The position numbers were made by a program, and so were the translations under genes. 64,000 bases of DNA from Arenicellales bacterium (GTDB lineage Bacteria; Pseudomonadota; Gammaproteobacteria; Arenicellales; JAJDZL01), in the NCBI GenBank assembly GCA_963664525.1, contig OY761535.1, positions 1,295,314 through 1,359,313 on the forward strand, read 5' to 3'. The notes beneath the pieces are model-generated. The model ran no database searches. It had not been told where the DNA came from and saw only the letters and a list, made by a program, of their open reading frames with translations. Below are positions 35,054-44,993 of the stretch, piece after piece; within the stretch, counting starts at the first letter, position 1, and every line of letters begins with the position of its first letter.

Positions 35054-35608
35054 ATGGACAAACGATTCAAAATGATTTTTAAAAGATTAATCTTGATCAG
35101 CGTGATCTGCATGAGCCTGTCGGCTTATACAGAACGTGGCTATGCACAACTTAGATTAGGCAATGAAATTTTGCATCAATCGACCAATTGTGACATTCGC
35201 AAATCTGGGCTGACAGCATTACGATGTGCAGGTAGCAGCCATCGACGCGGTCAATTCAATACAGAACAAATGGCAACGTTGATCTTTACCTGCAACAAAG
35301 GCTATCTTTCGGTTTCACTCGGGCATGCTATGGTTGAAGATGAAGTCAAAAAGTATCGCTTTGAAAATGACAAAGGACAATCGAAAGGCAATGATGATCA
35401 CATTAGAGTCTCGAAAGTGCGCACCACTTTTGCGGAGCCAAGAAATACAGCGCCACGTTGGATTTATCAAAATGTGACAGACCAAGAGCAAATGACTCGG
35501 CTGTATTTCTGGCTAAATGATAGCGAAATAAATGGTGAGTTCCAATTTGACTCACACGACAGCGTCTTGTTCTCAAAATTCAGTCAATTGTGTTCTAACA
35601 GACTTTGA
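35054..35608 (+). CDS. hypothetical secreted protein
   Basis: 184 aa with an N-terminal hydrophobic signal (FKRLILISVICMSLSAYT). It sits in AT-rich DNA with long non-coding flanks. I recognised no motif. Confidence 0.4.
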   Translation: MDKRFKMIFKRLILISVICMSLSAYTERGYAQLRLGNEILHQSTNCDIRKSGLTALRCAGSSHRRGQFNTEQMATLIFTCNKGYLSVSLGHAMVEDEVKKYRFENDKGQSKGNDDHIRVSKVRTTFAEPRNTAPRWIYQNVTDQEQMTRLYFWLNDSEINGEFQFDSHDSVLFSKFSQLCSNRL

Positions 35609-35923
35609 AACAGGATTTTTTCACTTGAGTTCAGCAATGACGATCTTGTTCTGGAATTGCAGCGCCGTCGAACCGATTCGCCTCAGAGGCTGACGGGGCC
35701 ATTCAATTTTTACTCTTACTCCCTTTCCTGTCTTAGCCACGACGTCGCCTAATCAATCTTGCAAACCAATGTCAAAATTACAAAAATTTCATTCTTTCAC
35801 CCCAAAATACCTCCGTTTTGGACTAAAGCCCGTGCAAACAGACAGGCGGACTTGAAAATTCTTTTGATTTAGTGCATTCTTTACGTTGCCTTTATTCTAA
35901 TCCCAAGAATTTGACGGACAAAA

Positions 35924-36997
35924 ATGAGCATTACCGTTGATTCAGTTCACCAGGAATTCATATCGAATTCTGTACATGCCCGTGGTGCTGAACCGGTGCC
36001 TCACGTCCTGGCGCCGGCGGCGACCGGGGTGAGTCAATTTATTTACGATCACGGCGGCGATGCCGATCGCGTCTTTGGAGAAGCAGGTGTCGATCCTGAC
36101 TGTATCGGCAACCCGACGATCGGAATGTGTTTGAAATCGTTTTGTGGGCTATTCGAATCCGCATCAGGCAATACACAAAACGACAATTTCGGTCTGTGGT
36201 TTGGAAATCAGTTTCAACCTGATGACCTTGGGCTTTGGGGTTATGCAGCGATTTCTTCACCTACACTCGGTAATGCACTAAACAACCTGATTGATTTGTT
36301 TCGTTACCACCAACAATGCTCAATGTTAAGACTGACAGCCGCAAACAAGCGCTTTTGTCAACTCGAGTATCAAGTTCGAGATCCGCATATTGTCGAACGC
36401 CGACAGGACGCTGAATTATCGCTTGGAATGTTTTTCAACTTAATCCGCGAGTGCATGGGACGCGACTGGCACCCGGAGGAGGTGTATTTCGAACACCCGA
36501 AACCCGAGGACAGCAAAGAACACGAACGAGCGTTTAATGCGCCTGTATTTTTCAGTCAGAAGTTCAATGCCATCGTCTTTGATCCATCGATTTTGGAAAA
36601 ATCGATGCCAAATTCGGATTTGAAACTGATGGCAGTCACACGCGCTTGCCTTGAGTCTTTGCACACCAACATGCCAATGAATCAGAATCTGACCGATAAA
36701 ATCAGGAACCTGATTCGCATCAAACTGGCCGACGGCTATCCCTCGTTGGAACTGATTGCTGAGAGTCTGTATATGAGTACGAGTGCAATACAGCGTAGTT
36801 TGGCGTGGGAAGGGCTTTCCTATACCGATCTTGTCGAAGAAGTTCGAAAGAGCCTCGCCGAGATGTACTTCAAGCAACGCAATCTTTCCTTATCGGAAAT
36901 CGCCTATCTGCTTGGCTACTCTGAGCTTAGTGCCTTTAGCCGCGCATTTCGTCGCTGGACTGGACATTCACCGCGTGAATATCGAGGAAAAGCCTGA
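35924..36997 (+). CDS. AraC-family transcriptional regulator with N-terminal ligand-binding domain
   Basis: 357 aa. The C-terminal AraC HTH is LSLSEIAYLLGYSELSAFSRAFRRWTGHSPREYR. Confidence 0.85.
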   Translation: MSITVDSVHQEFISNSVHARGAEPVPHVLAPAATGVSQFIYDHGGDADRVFGEAGVDPDCIGNPTIGMCLKSFCGLFESASGNTQNDNFGLWFGNQFQPDDLGLWGYAAISSPTLGNALNNLIDLFRYHQQCSMLRLTAANKRFCQLEYQVRDPHIVERRQDAELSLGMFFNLIRECMGRDWHPEEVYFEHPKPEDSKEHERAFNAPVFFSQKFNAIVFDPSILEKSMPNSDLKLMAVTRACLESLHTNMPMNQNLTDKIRNLIRIKLADGYPSLELIAESLYMSTSAIQRSLAWEGLSYTDLVEEVRKSLAEMYFKQRNLSLSEIAYLLGYSELSAFSRAFRRWTGHSPREYRGKA

Positions 36998-37147
36998 TTA
37001 CCGCGCAAGCACACCGGAAAATATCTGGTATCGACGTTCCTGCGTTTCCAGCATGGATACTGCAGCACCAACAGTACAGAGATTCACAAGAACACTTTTA
37101 GCAACATAGTCAAACGCATTGCGCGACTTTTTTCCCAAGTGTTTTTC

Positions 37148-37963
37148 TCAATCGGCTCGTCCGAATTTCAATCGCCGAACTACATACATCACCACGAAGG
37201 CAATCAACAGTAACCCTGCAGCACCACCGATCGTCAAAGAACCCAATGTTGGCACCATTGGTGTGTAGCCAGAAACCATCTTTGAATACAACCACTCTGG
37301 AATGGTCTGATCAGCGCCGGTTGTAAAAAGCGAAAGTGGGAAATTTCCCCAAGACAGCAAGAACGCGAAAATCGCTCCAGATATGATGCCAGGTGAGAGG
37401 ATTGGCAATGTAATTTCCCGTAACACTTGCAGTCGAGAAGCACCTAAATCATAAGCCGCCTCTTCCCAGACCGGATCAAAGCTATAAACCTGAATGGACA
37501 TGATCAGCGTAACGATTGGCAAAATCCAAATCAGGTGTGCGAATACGGCCGTGTGCCAGCTGGTCGTGATCCCCAAAGCGGAAAACCACAAAAGCAGTGC
37601 GAGACCCAACACCGCTTGAGGAAAGAAAATCGGCAGCAATATCAGTCGCTGGTACAGTTTTCGCCCTTTCCAATCATAGCGAGCAAATGCAAGTGCGCCA
37701 AAGAAAGCCAGTAGAACCGAAATGAGCGTAACCAGCAAAGCAACACTAAACGACGTCCAGAATAAATCACGCACCGACAATGATTCAAACGCTTTTTCAT
37801 ACCATCGGGTATCCCAGGCTTTGACAGGAAAGCGAAAATACCGCTGCTTGGTGAACGATGCCAAAATAACCGACAGCATTGGCATGTAGAGAAACAATAT
37901 GACGGCTCCCGTCCAAACAATGATTAAGGCGTGAGCGATTTTGCGCTGTCGTGTAGATTTCAC
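37148..37963 (-). CDS. ABC transporter permease (PotC-like)
   Basis: 271 aa, polytopic, with EAA loop EEAAYDLGASRLQVLREITLP. Confidence 0.85.
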   Translation of the reverse strand: MKSTRQRKIAHALIIVWTGAVILFLYMPMLSVILASFTKQRYFRFPVKAWDTRWYEKAFESLSVRDLFWTSFSVALLVTLISVLLAFFGALAFARYDWKGRKLYQRLILLPIFFPQAVLGLALLLWFSALGITTSWHTAVFAHLIWILPIVTLIMSIQVYSFDPVWEEAAYDLGASRLQVLREITLPILSPGIISGAIFAFLLSWGNFPLSLFTTGADQTIPEWLYSKMVSGYTPMVPTLGSLTIGGAAGLLLIAFVVMYVVRRLKFGRAD

Positions 37964-37965
37964 AG

Positions 37966-38826
37966 CTAACGTCGCCCCACCAGTCGATCGAGATCAATTT
38001 TACGGAAAAGAAAAAATATGATGATCAGCGAAAGAGTGATCAACAACACGGATAGCACCGACCCTTTAGGCCAGTTTTGCGCAAAGGTAAATGCGGATTC
38101 AATATCGTCAGCGATCATTACGATGACCTGTCCACCTAATATCTTGGATTCAGCTAGCGATCCGAGGGCCAGGATAAAAACCAAAAGACTGCCAATTAGT
38201 ATGCCGGGCATCGAAAGAGGAAGTTCAACCTCCCAAAATATCTGCAGCCTTGACGCGCCGAGATCTGAGGCAGCCTCTTTAAGCGAGTCAGGTACCATTG
38301 ACATGCCAATGACAAGCGGAAAAAGCATGAATGGCAAGTAGACATAGACTAGCCCAAGCACGACAGCAGGTACGGAATAAAGTAATCCTGATAGCGAAAT
38401 GCCAAACAAAAACTGCAAAGAGCCATCAATAATGCCATTCTTGAGCAATAGCAACACCCAGCCAAATAAGCGAATGTTCTCTGAAATCAAAAGCGGTAGC
38501 GCAACCAGGATCGTAACCAGCGTAGCCCACTTACCAAACAATTTGGCCATTCCGTAAGCGATCGGATAAGTGATGATCAAAAGCAAAATAACGGTTACAA
38601 CAGCAAGCACCAAAGACCAGCCAAAAGAGATGTAATAACTTTGCGTTACAACTGAAAGGTAATTTTCGAGCGTAGGCGCCTGGTTGAGTGTGAACGTCTT
38701 TGACGGCATGAAGCTGTACAGAAGTACCAACACCAGCGGGCCGGCAAATCCGATCAGCAAAAACACGCCAACCGGCAAGGCGTTCAAAAAACCAGGTTGA
38801 CGTAACCAGTGAGTGAGCGCTTTCAT
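37966..38826 (-). CDS. ABC transporter permease (PotB-like)
   Basis: 286 aa, polytopic, with EAA loop KEAASDLGASRLQIFWEVELP. Confidence 0.85.
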   Translation of the reverse strand: MKALTHWLRQPGFLNALPVGVFLLIGFAGPLVLVLLYSFMPSKTFTLNQAPTLENYLSVVTQSYYISFGWSLVLAVVTVILLLIITYPIAYGMAKLFGKWATLVTILVALPLLISENIRLFGWVLLLLKNGIIDGSLQFLFGISLSGLLYSVPAVVLGLVYVYLPFMLFPLVIGMSMVPDSLKEAASDLGASRLQIFWEVELPLSMPGILIGSLLVFILALGSLAESKILGGQVIVMIADDIESAFTFAQNWPKGSVLSVLLITLSLIIIFFLFRKIDLDRLVGRR

Positions 38827-38869
38827 AGCTTGGCAGTAATTTCAGGTGCCAGATCCTAAAAGGTGCGAC

Positions 38870-39946
38870 TTACGACTGCACCAAAATCGAATCTTCAGCC
38901 CGCCAACCGATCATTACCGCTTGACCGGCTTCGCCCGAATAAGGGTCATCCTGCAACCTTTCGACAAGCCAATGATGTTCGCCATCAACGCTACGCACCT
39001 GGTATTGGATTCGTGACCCCAAGGCATAATCATTGAACAATACACCTTCAATCTGATTGGGCAAAGACTCCGCCGCCCTGCCAATCTTCATGACTTCGGG
39101 TCGAATGATTAAAAATCCGGATTCAATTCCCTGAGCGTCCTCGGCAATCTCGTATAGACCGCCAGAGTCACTGTCCTTGACTTTGCCGTTTCCAGCATTG
39201 TCGACAGACAAAGTATTGACCTCGCCCATGAACTGGGCAACAAACTTGTTCCGAGGCCGGTTGTAGATATCGTCGGGACTGCCGATTTGAATGAGTTCAC
39301 CGTGATTCAGTATCCCAATTCGATCGCTCATCACCATGGCTTCTTCAAGCGAATGCGTGATGTACACGAAAGTCTTACCAGTTTCGCGGTGAATGTCCTT
39401 GAGTTCCTTTTCGAGCGTCTTGCGCAATCGAAAATCGAGCGCTGATAAGGGTTCGTCGAAAAACAGAATTTCAGGATCAAACGCCAAAGCCCGCGCCAGT
39501 GCGATCCTTTGACGCTCACCACCAGAACACTGGTTGATTCGCTTGCCATAAAAGTCGCTCGGCAGACGTAATAGTTCCAATAACTCAAGTGCGCGCTGAC
39601 GTCGAGTCTCGGGCGCAATGCCGGCGATTTTCATCGCAAATTCGACATTTTGCCCCACCGTCTTGTGAGGAAACAGCGCCAGATTCTGGAACACCATACA
39701 AGTCGGACGCCGATTGGCAGGGACATCATTGATAACATCCCCTTTGAGGGCGATATCGCCTCTGGTGGGGCTGTCCATCCCCACCAGTATGCGAATCAGG
39801 GTTGTTTTTCCGCTGCCGGAAGGCCCGACCAGCGTAAAAAATTCTCCTTCAGAAATACTGAGGTTTACATCGGCAAGTGCTGTAAATTCACCAAATTGCT
39901 TCGTTACACCTCTTAACTCGAGAAAAGCAGACTGTCCTGTTTTCAT
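38870..39946 (-). CDS. ABC transporter ATP-binding protein (PotA-like)
   Basis: Walker A GPSGSGKTT, signature CSGGERQR and Walker B ILFFDEPLSALD, with a C-terminal TOBE-like tail. Confidence 0.9.
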   Translation of the reverse strand: MKTGQSAFLELRGVTKQFGEFTALADVNLSISEGEFFTLVGPSGSGKTTLIRILVGMDSPTRGDIALKGDVINDVPANRRPTCMVFQNLALFPHKTVGQNVEFAMKIAGIAPETRRQRALELLELLRLPSDFYGKRINQCSGGERQRIALARALAFDPEILFFDEPLSALDFRLRKTLEKELKDIHRETGKTFVYITHSLEEAMVMSDRIGILNHGELIQIGSPDDIYNRPRNKFVAQFMGEVNTLSVDNAGNGKVKDSDSGGLYEIAEDAQGIESGFLIIRPEVMKIGRAAESLPNQIEGVLFNDYALGSRIQYQVRSVDGEHHWLVERLQDDPYSGEAGQAVMIGWRAEDSILVQS

Positions 39947-39999
39947 CTACCATGGGCTCCATCGGAAGTTCCCATCATTGATCCATCAAAAAACTGTGT

Positions 40000-41151
40000 C
40001 TATCCTTCTCTCTCCCGCTTAGCTGCTGAATAATGATCGTACATCTCAGCATAGTCGGGGTTAATGTCGTAGTCCTGTGAACGGGCCATCTCCTCTTCGA
40101 GAGAATCCCACTGAATGGCATCCAATTCGTCAGAATCAAATGCGCTTAGCACCTCCGGTGAACCCATCTGGGTAACCGGGTTATATGTACCTTCTGCAAA
40201 TGCAACGTTCTTGCTCACATCCGGGCGTTGAATATAGGCAAGAAACTCCTCTGCAAGTGGGGACACCTGAGGATTGTTCACGACCGATGTCAGTTCAATC
40301 CAGACTATGCCGCCTTTACCATCCATCGGACCGGAATTTGGTGTAATGCCGCGCACATTGTTGTAACCATCATAACGCGCTGGTGACGCAGTATAGGTAC
40401 CGCCGGTAAAATACGCATCAATCTCACCGTTGATCAGCGCCAGATTCATGGCAACGAGATCATCAGTCAGAATCTTTGCACCGTTGAACACCTGACGGGC
40501 AATATCACTAAATGCAGAGATTTCATCAGCTGAATGTGATTTGAACGGATCAATGTCGCCTGCGACACACATGTGATAAATGTTCCAGTTGTCGTAGGTC
40601 AGGACGCCATATCGATCTTTCATGGCTGGGTCCAGGAAAAGTTTAAAGCCTTGATCTTCGGCCATGGCTCGAGATATTTTGTCAGTATTGACGACGAAAT
40701 TAAATGGCCCGAATCGCTGTGTCACGCCAAGTAAGTGTTCGCCCGTCTTATCCATCGCCCAAGAATAGGGTGGATGAAATGCTGGCATCATTTGTTCGAA
40801 AAATGGTTCGAATCGATCTCTTGGCAGATCAAGAATCAAATTCTCTGGCCACATCATTTCACGGGCCCAGGGATTGTTAACATTGATCAAATCCCAAATT
40901 TTTGTTTCCCCTGCACGAAGTTTGTTGACTGCATCAGGATCTGATGTCAATCCTTCGGCTCGAACCGTTGCGTCAAACTCCCTTCGAAATGGATCCAATA
41001 CATCATCGGAGTTGTATCCTTCCCAACAATAAATGTTGAGTTCTTTTTCACGAGCCGCATGCGCCAATGATGGAATAGTTCCCATGGCATAGGCTGCTGC
41101 GAAGGCCCCAGTGGTTTGAAGGAAATTTCGTCTCGACTTATGGACTGTCAT
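40000..41151 (-). CDS. periplasmic substrate-binding protein (PotD/PotF-like) with a twin-arginine signal
   Basis: 383 aa. The N-terminus MTVHKSRRNFLQTTGAFAAAYAMGTIPSLAHA has an SRRxFL Tat motif. The mature part begins with a polyamine-type SBP pattern (ELNIYCWEGYNSDDVLDPF). Confidence 0.75.
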   Translation of the reverse strand: MTVHKSRRNFLQTTGAFAAAYAMGTIPSLAHAAREKELNIYCWEGYNSDDVLDPFRREFDATVRAEGLTSDPDAVNKLRAGETKIWDLINVNNPWAREMMWPENLILDLPRDRFEPFFEQMMPAFHPPYSWAMDKTGEHLLGVTQRFGPFNFVVNTDKISRAMAEDQGFKLFLDPAMKDRYGVLTYDNWNIYHMCVAGDIDPFKSHSADEISAFSDIARQVFNGAKILTDDLVAMNLALINGEIDAYFTGGTYTASPARYDGYNNVRGITPNSGPMDGKGGIVWIELTSVVNNPQVSPLAEEFLAYIQRPDVSKNVAFAEGTYNPVTQMGSPEVLSAFDSDELDAIQWDSLEEEMARSQDYDINPDYAEMYDHYSAAKREREG

Positions 41152-41292
41152 ATTTTGCCTCCTTATTTTTCAATGCAAATGAAGTGAAAACATTTTTTTA
41201 TCACAATAATCCTGTAATTGCAATAGTGCAATCCAGTTCAGTATAGGTTAATTGCGCGAGCCAGTACTACGATTCTAAACTCGCCATTGGCA

Positions 41293-42399
41293 TCAAATCA
41301 GACTGTCTGCAGCGTCCCAGACTTGGGACAGTTTAGCCTGATCAGATATCACCTTGCGCTCTTCGCTGTCGGGTAAAAATGGGTAGTCCCTGAATTCTTC
41401 GCCCGGCCGATAGGAACCATAGGGACGATTGCATGCCATCACACCTTGTCGGTCGGGACAGCCATTAGTCATAAAGGCCAAGCCACTGTCAAAGGCGAGC
41501 TTCGCTGCTTTTTCCGGTGGGGTTAACCGGACAAGTTCACCCGAATCTCCATATTCGAGTGCACTTTGTGGCAAATCATAATTTTCAATCAGATGCTTGA
41601 CATACTGTATGCGACGCCAGCGTTCAAGTGGTGCCCGCGGTACGTCCTGCATTTCCGTCCCCGGTTCTGGGTTGAAAGAAAACAGGTAGCCTGCAATCTG
41701 TTCAGATTTCAATTGGAAAATCATGTCAAACATTTCCTTGTCTGTTTCACCCAAACCAACAATCAAGTGACAATTGACCTTCATCGGACCGTAGATGCGG
41801 CGTGCTGCCCGCACGATCTCCCAATGCTGGTCCCATCGATGCGGCCCTTTGGCCAGTTTTCCACGGGTTCGAACAAACAAATCTTCAGAGACTGCGTCCA
41901 AACCGACACCAATAATGTCGACACCCGCCTGCTTAATCTCGTGTAAATCATCTTCATCCAGCAAGGTTGCAGTGACCAATGCGGATATTGGCACCTCAGG
42001 TGCCGCGCGGTGAACCCGGTCGGCCATATCCACCAAATCTTGAGTTGCACGATGGTCCTGAACCTGCGCAATACAGACGCGACCGACGGTGTCGGCTGAT
42101 TCTTTTTCGGCAATCTTTTGCGCAACCAAGTCGGTTTCAAAAAGTGGCCAATCCACGCGTATGAAACTGTTTTCTTCGGCAAGGCCCGGGCGTTCTCGCG
42201 CCAAGCCACAATAAGAACAATTTGCAGCGCAGCCTTGCGGATAGTTCTGCAACAGATTGATGCAGTTGCAACTGCATCCATTGATTCGCCCAGGCGCCAG
42301 GCCAAGTTCAATGGCCGCCGCAACGCTGATGCGAACATACTCTGGACTGATTTGATAGTGCTGCTCTTGCAGCTTGCTTGGAATTCCAGTCGTTGCCAA
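41293..42399 (-). CDS. radical SAM protein of the sHdr-associated lipoate-assembly set (LipS1/LipS2-type)
   Basis: 368 aa with the CxxxCxxC motif CAANCSYCG. Adjacent to a second radical SAM gene, a lipoate ligase and lbpA. Confidence 0.8.
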   Translation of the reverse strand: MATTGIPSKLQEQHYQISPEYVRISVAAAIELGLAPGRINGCSCNCINLLQNYPQGCAANCSYCGLARERPGLAEENSFIRVDWPLFETDLVAQKIAEKESADTVGRVCIAQVQDHRATQDLVDMADRVHRAAPEVPISALVTATLLDEDDLHEIKQAGVDIIGVGLDAVSEDLFVRTRGKLAKGPHRWDQHWEIVRAARRIYGPMKVNCHLIVGLGETDKEMFDMIFQLKSEQIAGYLFSFNPEPGTEMQDVPRAPLERWRRIQYVKHLIENYDLPQSALEYGDSGELVRLTPPEKAAKLAFDSGLAFMTNGCPDRQGVMACNRPYGSYRPGEEFRDYPFLPDSEERKVISDQAKLSQVWDAADSLI

Positions 42400-42429
42400 T
42401 TTTTCGTCCTTAATTTGAAATAATGAGTT

Positions 42430-43392
42430 TTACCATGAGACGCCACAGCAGGCGTTGACGAAATGCGGTTTTAGCCCCCTGCTCCTGGCATATTCAACCA
42501 TCCCTTCAGCAGGATAGGCAATGCCGTTAAATCCCGCATCAATTGCGGCTCGATCAATTTTCTCTTTGTACTGACCCAGCGGTCGAGCACAGCCGAGCAT
42601 GATTGGTTTTTTCGGCAATGTACGACGCGCAAGTGTGAAAAATTTTGCAATCTCCCCAGTGGGTGGCGGAATGACCGCCGCCATCGGGGTTCCTGACAAA
42701 GGCATCAGAATGACCAGTACCAGTAGTTTTAACTGGTGGCGGGCGATCATTGCCAGCGCATTTTCCTCACCGAGAAGTTTACCATAATGCAACCCCATGA
42801 TAATATGCGGCACGCAGGGCACTCCATGGCGATCCAGCCTTTCCAAGACCGCCTCGTACTCATCAACATCGGTGTCCAAATGGTAAACATCCCGTATGGT
42901 TCTGTCGTCTCCGATGATGTCAACCATCGCTCCATCAATATCTGCATCGGCCAGAGCACTGCAAGTTTGTTCATCGGGCAACCCAGGGTGCACTCGAATG
43001 ACCATCCCCAGTTTGTGGCGAACCTTAATCAGGTCGGGGATATGTTTGCGTAGCGGTACCCGACCGCGTCGATCACTGCCTCCTGAGATCAACACACCCT
43101 TGGCGCCTTGATCATGCAACCTTGCACAGAGCTCGTAAAGTGACTCACTCCCACCGGGTAAAGATCGCATGCCTTTTAAAACACCCGTCTTGCAGTGTTC
43201 ACAGTTCAGAGCACAGGCTTCACCCGTTACACTGATGGCTACAAACTCTGCTTCATTATGTTGATCATATTCTGAAGTCTGGTAACGCTTAAGGCCCGGT
43301 GCGTGAAACACGATACGACTGTCTGCGCTGTCCAGTCCAGGCACAGGCATCGTATCGCCTTGGACTGAATACTCTATACCGTCGTTTAACAT
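42430..43392 (-). CDS. radical SAM protein of the sHdr-associated lipoate-assembly set (LipS1/LipS2-type)
   Basis: Has the CxxxCxxC motif CALNCEHCK. I place the start at the ATG at 43392 (MLNDGIEY), with AGGAG 8 nt upstream. The longer track ORF would overlap the ligase gene by 83 nt. Confidence 0.8.
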   Translation of the reverse strand: MLNDGIEYSVQGDTMPVPGLDSADSRIVFHAPGLKRYQTSEYDQHNEAEFVAISVTGEACALNCEHCKTGVLKGMRSLPGGSESLYELCARLHDQGAKGVLISGGSDRRGRVPLRKHIPDLIKVRHKLGMVIRVHPGLPDEQTCSALADADIDGAMVDIIGDDRTIRDVYHLDTDVDEYEAVLERLDRHGVPCVPHIIMGLHYGKLLGEENALAMIARHQLKLLVLVILMPLSGTPMAAVIPPPTGEIAKFFTLARRTLPKKPIMLGCARPLGQYKEKIDRAAIDAGFNGIAYPAEGMVEYARSRGLKPHFVNACCGVSW

Positions 43393-43405
43393 TGACTGAC
43401 TCCTG

Positions 43406-44524
43406 TCAGGTAAGTTGTGCTGGCTCACGGGCAAAGCATGCACCCGCAGTCGCCTCATTGGGCAAAGTCTCGGATAGCTTGAGCGCATGCAGCAGTGTTT
43501 CGGTAATTTCTTTCACTGAAATCCGATCCCATCCTTGAATATTTCTTGCCACCGATTGGGCGATCGTGTTTTTAATTGCAACTGGTTCTCGCACATGCCA
43601 TCGTAGACTGCTCTCCAGATCATAGACAGCGCTGTCGGATGCAATGAAATTGCCGCCCAAAAATACCGACTTGACTGTTTCACCCGCGACAATGGCCTTG
43701 ATTTCGAGCCTGCCGGCTTCCGTGCGAATCGAACTTTGCCCAAGCCGGTCGCGAAGCGATATCGTGTTTCCATAGACCCATTCGCTTTTGGAATATTGAT
43801 CGGCATATAACTTTTCCGCAAGATTGACTTCTTCTGTCCAAAGAGGCGACGGCTCGATGCAGACATTGAAGGCTTGTTCGAAACCCGACTGCAGCCGCCA
43901 TGCAAGCTCGTCCATAGAAAAATCCTGATCCAATTCTCTGCGAACCGTCGTCATGCGCTGTTCAATCGCCTTTCGGTTTTCCTCTTCATCATCGCAGTGA
44001 AAAGGCAATCGCAACAGTCTTAGCATATTCGCAATATCGAGGTCCAGCAACAGTGAAGCATGAAACAGGTGTGCGCCACCAGGCGGTTTATAGATTCCCA
44101 AGCCTGCTATTTTTCTTCGCCGTGTAACCAGATCGTTTTTTCCGGTAAACCGGGACTCAATTCCCAAGCTCTCAAGCGCCTTGATCAACCCGCGGGCACA
44201 TTGAACCATCAAATCAGAAGAACGCGACGAAAATCCACTTGCTTTTACTGGAATGATTAAAGCAATCCCCAACTGTTCAGGCCCCATGATGATCGCACCG
44301 CCACCACTTGGGCGCCGATTGACTGGCACCTTGAATGTCTCGCAATGATTCAGTCTGACTTCATTGGAAACGTTTTGAAAGCGACCAACCAGTACGCACG
44401 ATTCGTAAGTGTATAGCCTCAGAGTCGGAGTTTGTACATCTGCTGCACATCGGGTCAGTGCATCATCAAGTGCAAGTCCCCGGTCGTGTGAGACCGCGCG
44501 CTCTGTCAGCAAACGCCAACTCAC
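43406..44524 (-). CDS. lipoate-protein ligase, sLpl(AB)-type
   Basis: 372 aa. Contains NRRPSGGGAIIMGPEQL and RRKIAGLG with the catalytic Lys retained. GTG start. Sits between lbpA and the radical SAM genes. Confidence 0.8.
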   Translation of the reverse strand: MSWRLLTERAVSHDRGLALDDALTRCAADVQTPTLRLYTYESCVLVGRFQNVSNEVRLNHCETFKVPVNRRPSGGGAIIMGPEQLGIALIIPVKASGFSSRSSDLMVQCARGLIKALESLGIESRFTGKNDLVTRRRKIAGLGIYKPPGGAHLFHASLLLDLDIANMLRLLRLPFHCDDEEENRKAIEQRMTTVRRELDQDFSMDELAWRLQSGFEQAFNVCIEPSPLWTEEVNLAEKLYADQYSKSEWVYGNTISLRDRLGQSSIRTEAGRLEIKAIVAGETVKSVFLGGNFIASDSAVYDLESSLRWHVREPVAIKNTIAQSVARNIQGWDRISVKEITETLLHALKLSETLPNEATAGACFAREPAQLT

Positions 44525-44533
44525 GAATCACAC

Positions 44534-44968
44534 TCATGCATTCGTGTATTGACCTCGCAGTTCAACTGGCAACAAGTCTATGAGACTGTCTGAATCATGT
44601 AACTCATTGATTTCTAATTCCCAAGATGCTGGAGCAATGGCCACCAACCAACCGCTACCATACGGGTCGGAACTGACCATGCGCGGATTTTCAAGCGCAG
44701 GTTCATTCCGTTCAACAATCGTACCGCTGACAGGACTGACGATATCGCTGGTCATTTTTGCCGCCTCCATTGAACCAATCGACTGTCCTCGTACAACATG
44801 GGTGCCAGGCTCAGCAAGTGTCAGATACGCGAGCTCACCTAGCGATTCGATGGCTGGCGATCCTATACCGACGTGCAAATTTTCGTTTTCCGTAACTGGT
44901 TTGACCCACAAATACGACTCACCATCGTAGATTCGGTCACAAGGTAGGCCGGAATTTTGATCAGGCAT
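44534..44968 (-). CDS. lbpA: lipoate-binding protein LbpA (GcvH-like)
   Basis: 144 aa with the lipoyl-lysine motif GSMEAAKMTSDIVSPVSG. Confidence 0.8.
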   Translation of the reverse strand: MPDQNSGLPCDRIYDGESYLWVKPVTENENLHVGIGSPAIESLGELAYLTLAEPGTHVVRGQSIGSMEAAKMTSDIVSPVSGTIVERNEPALENPRMVSSDPYGSGWLVAIAPASWELEINELHDSDSLIDLLPVELRGQYTNA

Positions 44969-44993
44969 TTCTAATCTCCTTGATATTCGTGCG

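Noticed and set aside
42430-43488. 352-aa version of the radical SAM protein overlapping the ligase gene
   Set aside because: The 32-residue N-terminal extension overlaps the ligase 3' end by 83 nt and looks non-protein-like. The ATG at 43392 has an AGGAG at ideal spacing.
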